NCBI GenBank assembly: GCA_965223425.1
Contig: OZ245003.1
Location: forward strand, 2,208,001 to 2,272,000
Length of the DNA stretch: 64,000 nt
From: Nitrosopumilus sp.
GTDB taxonomy: Archaea > Thermoproteota > Nitrososphaeria > Nitrososphaerales > Nitrosopumilaceae
Direction: 5' to 3'
Below are positions 48,474 to 58,156 of the stretch, in pieces; the stretch's first letter is position 1; every line of letters starts with the position of its first letter. A program made the translations under genes and the position numbers. The notes beneath the pieces were generated by a model that did not search any database, had not been told where the DNA came from, and saw only the letters and a list, made by a program, of their open reading frames with translations.

Positions 48474-49738
48474 TGTTAGATCCTAAATTAATCAAAGAAA
48501 AATCACAGGTTATTCTAGACATGCTCAAAGCAAGAAATGTAGACTTTGACTTGGATGCACTAATAGAATCTGATCAGAGAAGACGTGAGTTTATAATCAA
48601 AACAGATGAGCTGAGAAAAAAGAAAAATCAGGTGGCACTAGAAATTTCGCAAAAAAAGAAGGCAGGCCAGGACGCATCGTCGATACTAGCAGAAATGAAA
48701 AATGTTTCAGACAAGCTTGTAAAATTAGAATCAGAGCAAAACGTTATTGAAGCTGAATATTCAGTGTTAGCATCGTCAATTCCAAATCTTGTTCACAAGT
48801 CAGTCCCCATTGGGGCAGATGAAGGCGCCAACAAGGAAGTTAGAAAGTGGGGGGAGATTCCAAATTTTGACTTTGAGATAAGGGACCATATTGACATTTC
48901 TGAAAATCTCGATCTGGTAGACCTGGAAAGAGCCGCAAAAGTGGCAGGGGCTAGATTTTATTTTCTAAAAAACGATCTAGTAAGACTAAACCAGTCACTA
49001 ATTCATTATGCGTTAGATTTTCTTGCAAAAAAAGGGTATTTGCTTGTCCAACCGCCCTACATGATTAATCGAGAGTCAATGGAGGGGGCAGTAATTGCCG
49101 ATGATTTTGAAGAGGTCATCTACAAAGTTGAGGATGAAGATCTATACATGATTGGAACATCTGAGCATGCCATGGCAGCTATGCATTCAAAAGAGATCAT
49201 AGAGGGAAAAGATCTGCCTATCAGGTATGCCGGTGTTAGTCCATGTTTTAGAAAAGAAGCAGGGGCACACGGAAGAGATCAGAAAGGAATTTTCAGAGTG
49301 CATCAATTTGACAAAATTGAACAGTTTGTGTTTGCAAGACCAGAGGATTCTTGGGACGAGCACGAAAAGATGCTGTTAGCAGCCGAGGAGTTTTATCAGA
49401 ACTTGGAGATCCCACACAAAGTAATGTTGCTCTCATCAGGGGACATGGGAAAGGTTTCAGCAAAGACATATGACATTGAAGCTTGGATGGCAGGACAAAA
49501 CGCCTATAGGGAAATTGTGTCTTGTTCAAATTGTCTGGATTATCAAGCAAGAAGACTAAAGATCAGATTTAGAGACAAAACAAACGAGGATACGCAGTAT
49601 TTGCATACGCTAAACAGCACCCTTGTTGCCACCACTAGAGTTCTAGTCTCCATGATGGAAAACTTCCAAACAAAAGACGGCCACATTAGAATCCCCCAGG
49701 TTTTACAGAGTTACATGGAAAATCAGAAAGAGATCTAG
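48473..49738 (+). CDS. serS: seryl-tRNA synthetase
   Basis: GTSEH, CFRKEAG, FRVHQFDKIEQF, EIVSCSNC, HTLNST. Confidence 0.97.
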   Translation: MLDPKLIKEKSQVILDMLKARNVDFDLDALIESDQRRREFIIKTDELRKKKNQVALEISQKKKAGQDASSILAEMKNVSDKLVKLESEQNVIEAEYSVLASSIPNLVHKSVPIGADEGANKEVRKWGEIPNFDFEIRDHIDISENLDLVDLERAAKVAGARFYFLKNDLVRLNQSLIHYALDFLAKKGYLLVQPPYMINRESMEGAVIADDFEEVIYKVEDEDLYMIGTSEHAMAAMHSKEIIEGKDLPIRYAGVSPCFRKEAGAHGRDQKGIFRVHQFDKIEQFVFARPEDSWDEHEKMLLAAEEFYQNLEIPHKVMLLSSGDMGKVSAKTYDIEAWMAGQNAYREIVSCSNCLDYQARRLKIRFRDKTNEDTQYLHTLNSTLVATTRVLVSMMENFQTKDGHIRIPQVLQSYMENQKEI

Positions 49739-49902
49739 TGATATACCCTTATACGCGCCTCCACAGGGATTCCGCATACGCACCTGACTGCGCAGGACAG
49801 ATGATCATGCCGGGCTTGGCGTTTGCCGTGACTGCCAAACGGCAAGGTAGTACTGGAAGGGAACCCGGACACGCAGTGAAGGCGGATCTAAAGGTTGTAG
49901 CG

Positions 49903-51034
49903 TAGTGAATTGGATTAACAATCGCTCACAAAACAGACAACATTATTCAACCACAAGATCTAGATCCCAGTGTATGGCAGAATCCGCATGAAATACAACA
50001 ATTCTGCAATACCGGCAGACAGAAGGTTCCTGTCCGGCGTCTCCAGTGCGCGCCTGCGCAGCATGCAAAAAAAGGAGACAGATCCCAGGGCCGCAGCAAG
50101 GCTGCTGGCATATGCCATGCGCAAGGAGGGCATGTCCATACGCCAGATATGCAGGGCCCTCAACAGGTCATACTCTACAGTACGGGGCTGGCTTGTGCGC
50201 GCCGCACAGCTTGGCACCTGCGGCAGGTACGACATCAAAAACAAAGGCGCGCCAAACAAGCTCGATCCGGAACAGACAAAGCAGCTGCGCGCAGACCTGC
50301 TGGCAGGCCCGCGCAGTTGCGGCTTTGAGTCCGGAGTGTGGACGGCACCGCTGCTGGCCGCACACATCAGAAAAAAGTTCGGCGTGCAGTATGCCACTGT
50401 CAGCATATATGACATACTGCACAGGATGGGCTTTTCGTGCAGAAAGCCGCGTCCAAAGCACCCAAAATCAGCCTCAGAATCAGAGAAAAAAGAGTTTAAA
50501 AAAAAAGCAGGGGAGATAATCCAGAGTCATCCAGACCATACGGTGATTACAGTTGATGAGGCCTCCTTTATCATTGGGTGGAATACCAAGAACGGGTGGT
50601 ACCTCAAGGGCAAGCCCGTCACCACTCCAGTCAGCCTGTCGCGCAAAAGGTTCTACTCGTTTGGGGCGCTGTACGACGGCGGCTTTGACTGCAGGTTCTA
50701 TGCCAAGGCCAACAGCTACAGCTTTGTGGACATGCTCGGACACCTGCATCTCAAGCACGGCAAGATCATCGTCTTTCTTGATAACGCATCATACCACAAG
50801 TCAAAGATGGTCAATGATTTTGTCGACTCGTATGACGGCGACATAGTCCTTGTTTACTTGCCCGTGTACACCCCGGAGCTGAATACCACGGAGGGGCAGT
50901 GGAGGCTGTTAAGAAGGGCCACTGCAAACGTGATGTATGAAAGCACAAAGGTGATGAAGGAATCCATATGGACAATGCTGGATAGACGTGAGGTCAAGAT
51001 AACAAGAATGAGCGGTTATTTATCCTAGTCACTA
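49903..51034 (+). mobile_element. IS630-family element A, copy 2
   Basis: Same IRs as copy 1, flanked by CG. Confidence 0.93.
49970..51028 (+). CDS. IS630-family transposase
   Basis: Near-identical to 10074..11132. Confidence 0.93.
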   Translation: MYGRIRMKYNNSAIPADRRFLSGVSSARLRSMQKKETDPRAAARLLAYAMRKEGMSIRQICRALNRSYSTVRGWLVRAAQLGTCGRYDIKNKGAPNKLDPEQTKQLRADLLAGPRSCGFESGVWTAPLLAAHIRKKFGVQYATVSIYDILHRMGFSCRKPRPKHPKSASESEKKEFKKKAGEIIQSHPDHTVITVDEASFIIGWNTKNGWYLKGKPVTTPVSLSRKRFYSFGALYDGGFDCRFYAKANSYSFVDMLGHLHLKHGKIIVFLDNASYHKSKMVNDFVDSYDGDIVLVYLPVYTPELNTTEGQWRLLRRATANVMYESTKVMKESIWTMLDRREVKITRMSGYLS

Positions 51035-51204
51035 CGCCCACAGTGGGTGCGGGTCTAAAGCAACGGTAGGAAGCGATCGGAGCGCTTGCAATACTCCTTT
51101 CCATTTTTTATCCATATTGTGACTCTTGATATCTTGTGTGATCCAAGGACGATTCTGACGCCATAATTGCAAGGTTTTTACGGTTCAACACGGTTTGAGG
51201 GTTA

Positions 51205-51924
51205 ATGCACATGTCATACACAGATGAATCGGGAGTGCCACACGGCGGAAAGAGGGAGGGAAAGTTCTTTATCCTTTCCGCGGTAATGGTAGAGGATTCA
51301 CACTGGAATGAGATCAATGCAGATATAATCAAAATCAAGCAGAAACACTTTCCAGATATTGATCCCGATGTGCTAGAAATTCACATGTATGACATTTTAC
51401 AAAGTAAAAAAGAATACGTGGGAATTACAATTGAACGGCGTGACGCATTTTTGACAGATATTTTCAATATTTTCAAAAATCATGAGTTGGCAGTGATATC
51501 CATTGTGATAAAAAAGAAAGAATTGGAAAGCAAATACGATGTGGAGCATCTGGAAAAAACTGCCTGGAAAAGCTTGGTTGAACAAATTGAAGGATTTCTG
51601 GCCTCAAGAGAAAAATATGGTACCGGGGTAATGATTGTGGATTCTAAGGGGCGATATGAAGACGCGAGAATTAACAGATATGTAAAAACAGCCAAGAAGA
51701 ACGGCATCAAAGGCACCCCCACAAGTCACTTGATTGAGGATGTTTTCTTTACCAGCTCAGATGAGCGAAATTTTGTGCAGCTGGCCGACGTGGCGGCACA
51801 CTGCACCCGCCAGCACATGTATGAACGGTCCGATATCGAAAACTATTGGAGGGTGTTTGAATCCAAGCTTTGGTGCGACGATTCGGGAGAATGTGCCGGT
51901 TTTGGTTTAAAGATCATTTCATAA
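51205..51924 (+). CDS. DUF3800-family protein
   Basis: N-terminal YTDESG and C-terminal VQLADVAA motifs. Confidence 0.85.
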   Translation: MHMSYTDESGVPHGGKREGKFFILSAVMVEDSHWNEINADIIKIKQKHFPDIDPDVLEIHMYDILQSKKEYVGITIERRDAFLTDIFNIFKNHELAVISIVIKKKELESKYDVEHLEKTAWKSLVEQIEGFLASREKYGTGVMIVDSKGRYEDARINRYVKTAKKNGIKGTPTSHLIEDVFFTSSDERNFVQLADVAAHCTRQHMYERSDIENYWRVFESKLWCDDSGECAGFGLKIIS

Positions 51925-52241
51925 GGATCGAGAAACGCCGAGTATTCGTGACAGCTAGTCCCCACATGTCAAAATCTGGATTCATGCGTGATTTTGATCG
52001 GATTTGACACCAATCTGTTAAATATCACCAGTTGGTAGTTATGCTGGGTCAAATGATCCCGGAGCTAAGAACGGCAAGTCTGCGGTACCTGGCTTCGTTT
52101 TAATTCTCTAAAACAAGTTATTCTATATCTTTGTGCGGCACTAAAAATAACATCCCCATTCCAATCTAAAATAGAATTACGCTAAAGTTTTCATCAATCA
52201 TATAACTCAATTCACAAATGATTAAAATTTGATAATTTCCG

Positions 52242-52484
52242 ATGAATCTTGATACTAGATTTTATGCACATCCATGTGAATTCTTTAGACATTATGCAAT
52301 TGACCCGTCAAATTTTTTTTCTACAGCGCAAGCCATCAAGATACAAAGGCAAGTAAGTCCAAAAAATAACCCCGTCTGGCACAAAATATACGATCACTCA
52401 ACAGATCCGGGAGAATTCAAGCGCATATATGCGCACCATTCCAGTGCATCATGCACCCCGTATCATACATCAACAATCAAGTGA
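52242..52484 (+). CDS. hypothetical ORF, probably truncated by the adjacent IS
   Basis: 80-aa ORF running into the IS5-like end. Confidence 0.3.
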   Translation: MNLDTRFYAHPCEFFRHYAIDPSNFFSTAQAIKIQRQVSPKNNPVWHKIYDHSTDPGEFKRIYAHHSSASCTPYHTSTIK

Positions 52485-53105
52485 CGGCCGCTTTCTTTTT
52501 GCATCCCACAGCAAACCAAAGTTCGCAAGGCCGGTACACACAACCAGCTCCTCGTGAAACTCCTCTACCGTGCCGCCATACGGGTCTGTCATCCTTGCCC
52601 ACTGCTTTATTCTTCTGATGGAGTGCTCCACCTTTACCCTCTTGGCACTGATCCTTTTGTTAGAGTCCTTTTGCCGCTGTGTCAGCTCCACTCGTGGCTT
52701 CTTTTTTTCTGGCATCTCAAGTGCTATTCCCGCGTAGTGATTGGCATCCCTGGTATCAGGCCTGCCTTGTTTGTTATTGTGGTGGTGTTAATCGTAAAGC
52801 GCTTCTTTTTGCCAGAGTACGTGTCTTTTCTTTTATCCTTGTCCTGCGGACGCTGCCTTGGCACCTCGGTGCCGTCAATTATGATGGTCTTCTTCGGTAT
52901 TAGCTCTTCTAGTTGCTCTGCAGTATTGGCATTCTTTATGAGATCAGTTATCTTATCGGCTGTCGGCAGAATCTCTGCCAGCACGGAATCTGCAAACTTG
53001 AGGTACCTGCACACAGTGGACTGGTCAATATCAAACAACACACCCAAGGCATCCTGTGTCACGTTTGAGCGCTTGCAGAACAGCGCCATGAGCAGAACAG
53101 ATCTA
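52470..53105 (-). pseudogene. IS5-like (DDE_Tnp_4) transposase remnant, internally deleted and interrupted by IS630 element C
   Basis: LFDIDQSTVCRY HTH, IIIDGTEVPRQRP, YSGKKK, RVKVEHSIRRIKQW; frame break near 52720. Confidence 0.8.
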
Positions 53106-54214
53106 TAGTCTCGAGCAAAAGTTCTTGAGATCAAATATGTTAGACAGAAATACATTTTGATCACGCCGCACCACGCATTGCAATGCCCACAGTAAAATCC
53201 GAAGACCTGAAGAAAGCGTACAAGAGGGAGAAGAACCCTCGTGTCAAGATCAGAATGGCGGCCGTAAACATGGTGTGCATGAACAATGAAAGCATTCAAC
53301 ATGTGGCAGACTCGCTCATGCAGTGCCCCAACTGGGTGTCCTTCTGGGTGGAACGCTTCAAGGAGGAGAAGGGCGGCATAGACGCCCTCCGGGATCTTCC
53401 AAAGACAGGCAGGCCGCCAAAGGTTCGGTTGGACAAGATTGCAAGGGTTGTATCAGATGCAAACAGCAGCGGCATTATTACGCCAAAAAGACTCAAAAGC
53501 GACATACAAAAAAGATTCAAAGTAAAATACCACATAACCAGCATCAGAAAGATAATGCACAAGCTTGGAATGTCTGCCAAGACGGCTCAGCGCATCCACA
53601 TCAGCAGGGCAGAAATTGACAAAATCAAAAGGTGGCAACACAATGCAAAAAGGCGGATTTCACGCCTGGAATTGAAGGGTTTTACAACTGTCGTTTTTGA
53701 CGAATCGATATTCATCGACGATCCTGCAAGTGGCGCAAAGTACTGGTCACCAAAAGGGGAGCCAATCACAACGACATACAGGGGACGGCACGGCAGGGTG
53801 GTGGTGGCATACGGCTCCATTGCGACAGACGGCAGGCAGTTCTTTAGGACATATGACAGGTTTGACAAGGAGACGGTTCTGCAATACATCAGGGAGATGA
53901 CAAGTCATTTTGGCAAGGTGACAATCATCATGGACAACGCGCCGCAGCACAAGGCAAGGATTGTAAAAGAGTTTCTTGCAGGCAACCCCGATGTCAGGAC
54001 AATATGGCTTCCGACTGCAACGCCTGAGCTCAGTGTAGTTGAGGAGTACTGGCATCAGGCAAAACGGGACGTGTCGGTATCTGAATATTACGCTACGGTT
54101 GTGCACATGCGCCATGCAATGTCAGAATATTTCAGGACAGCCCGTCCCAAGCTTGATGCGATGAAGTTTATCTGTAGAAGGTCGCTCACTCTCAAAAACT
54201 TTTGATTGACACTA
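53106..54214 (+). mobile_element. IS630-family element C with TA target duplication
   Basis: IRs TAGTCTCGAGCAAAAGTTCTTGAG / CTCAAAAACTTTTGATTGACACTA; TA at 53104-53105 and 54215-54216. Confidence 0.9.
53183..54205 (+). CDS. IS630-family transposase
   Basis: GRPPK, FDES, MDNAPQH, LPTATPELSVVE. Confidence 0.92.
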   Translation: MPTVKSEDLKKAYKREKNPRVKIRMAAVNMVCMNNESIQHVADSLMQCPNWVSFWVERFKEEKGGIDALRDLPKTGRPPKVRLDKIARVVSDANSSGIITPKRLKSDIQKRFKVKYHITSIRKIMHKLGMSAKTAQRIHISRAEIDKIKRWQHNAKRRISRLELKGFTTVVFDESIFIDDPASGAKYWSPKGEPITTTYRGRHGRVVVAYGSIATDGRQFFRTYDRFDKETVLQYIREMTSHFGKVTIIMDNAPQHKARIVKEFLAGNPDVRTIWLPTATPELSVVEEYWHQAKRDVSVSEYYATVVHMRHAMSEYFRTARPKLDAMKFICRRSLTLKNF

Positions 54215-54377
54215 TAGTTATGTTAGGGATCTTGGGCATCACGGTATGTTGTGTCCTCGAATTGATAAGAGAATTACGAATATTAGAAGCACAAATTGAC
54301 AGATGGAGAGATAATATTACATCAGATGAAAACGAGCGATAATGTATGGCTCTAGAAATTTCCAGTCAGGTTATTAA

Positions 54378-54644
54378 TTACTTGTTTAATGATTTTTCTA
54401 TGATGTTTAACATAGGACTCAATTCGTCTCTTAATGTGGTAAAATCATCCTTGAGTTTTTGAAAAAGCTTTTGACCAAATTCGTATTCTCCTGTTCTCTG
54501 GATTTCATCAAAAGCTTTTCGTGCAATCACCATTGGTTTAGCATCATTTGATGATGTTTTTCTAATTTTCTTCATTGCGTCAGTTACCAGCTTGATTCGG
54601 TATTCATCAAAATCAGGTAATGGTGATTTTTGTGCCAATATCAT
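54378..54644 (-). CDS. hypothetical protein
   Basis: Likely start MILAQKSPL outside the IS end. Confidence 0.5.
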   Translation of the reverse strand: MILAQKSPLPDFDEYRIKLVTDAMKKIRKTSSNDAKPMVIARKAFDEIQRTGEYEFGQKLFQKLKDDFTTLRDELSPMLNIIEKSLNK

Positions 54645-54687
54645 AACTACTTGAAATATTATTATTTTAAATGTTTTTAATATGTCA

Positions 54688-55991
54688 CAGTAGTTGGGAT
54701 TGTACATTTTGGATATAGGCCAAACTGATCATTTTGAGAACAAAACACGATCAACCAGATCCAAATACAAGGCATGCTCACCCACCTTAACATGTACGAA
54801 AAAGATGGGCAAACACACCAACAGAACCAAGACATCAGGGGGTTTAAAATCTTCCAGTCCGCACTGCAGCGCCTGAACCTTGCCTTTGGCACAAGACACA
54901 ACACGCTGTACTGCCTCAGGGATGCAGCGCACATGCTGCTGGTCATGGCCAGCTCCAACGGATACGCCAACGGCGCGCGAGATCTCGGCTCTCCCGGCAT
55001 CCGCATGCCGTCGGGCAGCTGGCTGCTCAAAAAGCTGCGCATCACAAAGCCGGACAAGATGAGCTGTTTCTGCGACCAGATGATGCATGATACGGTCAAC
55101 ACGGCATGCCGCAGCATGAGGCGACGCATCAGCAACGAAACAACGGTAGCTGCAATAGACAAGCACAAGATTCCGCACCATGACAAAAACCCCGACCTCA
55201 AACACCTCATACAGTCAAAATACGAGTCAGGAACGTACAGGTTTGAGTCATACATGACATCCAAGATGGTGCAGGGCGGCAAAGAGGCCAACCTGTGCTT
55301 CAGTCCGGTCACCCGGGGTACATCCAACGGCGAGTTCGTGCGTAAAACCATCAAAAAGTGCTCCAAGCTGCACCTTGGAATCAATCTTTACCTTCTTGAC
55401 AGGGAGTTTTACGCAACAGACGTGATGCGGACTGTCAGATCGCTTCACAGGCATTTTATCATGCCGGCAAAAAAGAATGCCGGCATCAAGCGCGCCATTG
55501 TACAGCACGCCCAAGGAAAGCGCGGTGATGTCTCCAGGTACACCATAAAATCAGGCTCCGAAAAGTTCACGTTCAACCTGGTTCTGATCAGGGATGACGC
55601 CAGGAAAAAAGACGGCACCATGTTTGACAGGTATCGCGCATTTGCAACGTCGCTGCCATGCGAGAATGAAAGGGACGTTGTCAAGTACATCCCAGAGCAG
55701 TACAAAAAACGTTGGGGAATTGAAACGGGGTACAGGTCTGCAAAGAGCGTACGCGCGCGCACTGCCAGCAGGAACCCCTCCGTACGGATGCTTTTGTTTG
55801 TCTTGTCACTGGTGATAAACAACATCTGGATAGGCCTGCGTCGCACGGCGGGCAGACAAAGATATCATGTGACGCTTGCCGGTGTTTTAAACAGGATGAT
55901 CCGCGTGTTTGCAGAATATGTGTATGCCAGGTGGCCACCGCCTATCGGGTGATTTGTGGGCTGTTTTGGAACGGTACAATCCCAACTACTG
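54688..55991 (+). mobile_element. ISH3-like (IS4 superfamily) element
   Basis: Perfect 18-bp IRs CAGTAGTTGGGATTGTAC / GTACAATCCCAACTACTG. Confidence 0.88.
54774..55952 (+). CDS. ISH3-like DDE transposase
   Basis: AAIDKH, LLDREFY, YKKRWGIETGYR. Confidence 0.88.
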   Translation: MLTHLNMYEKDGQTHQQNQDIRGFKIFQSALQRLNLAFGTRHNTLYCLRDAAHMLLVMASSNGYANGARDLGSPGIRMPSGSWLLKKLRITKPDKMSCFCDQMMHDTVNTACRSMRRRISNETTVAAIDKHKIPHHDKNPDLKHLIQSKYESGTYRFESYMTSKMVQGGKEANLCFSPVTRGTSNGEFVRKTIKKCSKLHLGINLYLLDREFYATDVMRTVRSLHRHFIMPAKKNAGIKRAIVQHAQGKRGDVSRYTIKSGSEKFTFNLVLIRDDARKKDGTMFDRYRAFATSLPCENERDVVKYIPEQYKKRWGIETGYRSAKSVRARTASRNPSVRMLLFVLSLVINNIWIGLRRTAGRQRYHVTLAGVLNRMIRVFAEYVYARWPPPIG

Positions 55992-57999
55992 ACAGTATCT
56001 TCTATGATGGCCTGATTCACATCAATTGTTTCTTGATCTGATTTGCCCAAGACTTGTTCTGGAAAAAAGTTGGTTCCTAATTCCAAGAAACCAGCATACT
56101 CCCCATATAATGACATGATTAGTGATTTGATGGAAGATATTTCGCCTATTGGGAGGCCAATATCTTTTGCCTCACGTCTTGTTATCAAATATTGGTGAGA
56201 GAATCTCTCCTTTAACAATTCTTTGACAATTTTGGAATTTTTTTGCTTGTTGGTACAGTGAAATTTTAGTAGCGTATTTGCCATGTATTCTACTTGGTTT
56301 TCTGCCCTCTTTATGGCACCTAGTGTAACTGGATGAATGTTTGACGTAGTGAATTGGATTAACAATCGCTCACAAAACAGACAACATTATTCAACCACAA
56401 GATCTAGATCCCAGTGTATGGCAGAATCCGCATGAAATACAACGATTCCATAGTAATACCGGCAGACAAAAGATTCCTGTCCGGCGTCTCCAGTGCGCGC
56501 CTGCGCAGCATGCAAAAAAAGGAGACAGATCCCAGGGCCGCAGCAAGGCTGCTGGCATATGCCATGCGCAAGGAGGGCATGTCCATACGCCAGATATGCA
56601 TGGCCCTCAACAGGTCATATTCCACAGTACGGGACTGGCTTGTGCGCGCCGCACAGCTTGGCACCTACGGCAGGTACGACATCAAAAACAAAGGCGCGCC
56701 AAACAAGCTCGATCCGGAACAGACAAAGCAGCTGCGCGCAGACCTGCTGGCAGGCCCGCGCAGTTGCGGCTTTGAGTCCGGAGTGTGGACGGCACCGCTG
56801 CTGGCCGTACACATCAGAAAAAAGTTCGGCGTGCAGTATGCCACTGTCAGCATATATGACATACTGCACAGGATGGGCTTTTCGTGCAGAAAGCCGCGTC
56901 CAAAGCACCCAAGTCAGCCTCAGAATCAGAGAAAAAAGAGTTTAAAAAAAAGCAGGGGAGGTAATCCGGAGTCATCCAGACCATACGGTGGTTACAGTTG
57001 ATGAGGCCTCCTTTATCATTGGGTGGAATACCAAGAACGGGTGGTACCTCAAGGGCAGGCCCGTCACCACTCCAGTCAGCCTGTCGCGCAAAAGGTTCTA
57101 CTCGTTTGGGGCGCTGTACGACGGCGGCTTTGACTGCAGGTTCTATGCCAAGGCCGACAGCTACAGCTTTGTGGACATGCTCGGACACCTGCATCTCAAG
57201 CACGGCAAGATCATCGTCTTTCTTGATAACGCATCGTACCACAAGTCAAAGATGGTCAATGATTTTGTCGACTCGTATGACGGCGACATAGTCCCTGTTT
57301 ACTTGCCCGTGTACACCCCGGAGCTGAATACCACGGAGGGGCAGTGGAGGCTGTTAAGAAGGGCCACTGCAAACGTGATGTATGAAAGCACAAAGGTGAT
57401 GAAGGAATCCATATGGACAATGCTGGATAGACGTGAGGTCAGGATAACAAGGATGAGCGGTTATTGATCCTAGTCACTACGCCAACAGTTTGAAGATTTC
57501 TACCATATTGCGAGAGTTGATTTTTGCATCATCACGAGCTAGTTCAAAATAACCCATTACGTCCTCAACATTTATTGGAATTGGAAGTGAAGGTGCGTTT
57601 GGAATTTGTTCCTTTGGACCAAGACTATGTGTGTGGTTGATGGGTCTATTGGGCTCAACTGTCCCACCTTGGACATGAATATGTTATCAGCCCCTAGGGC
57701 AATCAGTGTTCCGGTGCTAAGGCATTTGAATGGAACTATGACTTCAAATTTATCGCAATATTCTCTAATTAAATTCACTAGTCCAAATCCTGCATTAGTG
57801 ATCCCTCCCAATGTGTACAAAATCAGAGTTATTTTCTTTTGATGACCTATTGCATCTAGATGCTCATAAAATAATGGAATAACGTCATTGCCAATTCTAG
57901 TTTCAAAATTTCTTTTATCGCCGGTAAAATAGACTATAACCCTAGAGTTGGTCTTTTCTTCTAGTTCCTGATAAGATCAAGTCTTGTCCTGTCCACCAT
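55992..57999 (-). pseudogene. SDH-family (ClpP-fold) serine proteinase, frameshifted and split by IS630 copy 3 and the ISH3-like element
   Basis: LYTLGG, VPFKCLSTGTLIALGADNI, LSPIDP before the IS; IHPVTLGA, SHQYLITRREAK after it. Confidence 0.8.
56347..57479 (+). mobile_element. IS630-family element A, copy 3 (transposase frameshifted)
   Basis: Same IRs, CG flanks; 1-bp losses near 56912 and in the A-run near 56950 split the ORF into 56414..57001 and 56988..57467. Confidence 0.9.
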
Positions 58000-58156
58000 A
58001 AAACACCATAACATCCTTGATTTTAAAAGGTTTAAAAAAAAGGAAGTGGTTTTGAAAGCACCACGATAGCTCTCTGTCGTCGTTAACAATCCAACATATT
58101 CGGATCCACTGCGGCTCCGCATACCCTTATATTTTGGGTTCAAAGGTCGATAATAA

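Larger units (their letters stand above)
49743..58131. mobile_element. island inserted between serS and rps3Ae, flanked by 11-bp direct repeat ATACCCTTATA (49743-49753, 58121-58131)
   Basis: Exact direct repeat; removing the island puts the serS stop next to the rps3Ae promoter. Confidence 0.75.

Noticed and set aside
49754-49900. SRP RNA or RNase P RNA
   Set aside because: Could not find the SRP helix-8 motif or the RNase P GAGGAAAGUCC core; kept only as an unknown structured candidate.
56930-56960. Programmed ribosomal frameshift in IS630 copy 3
   Set aside because: Copies 1 and 2 are single open frames; copy 3 has two separate 1-bp losses, better explained by decay or homopolymer error.
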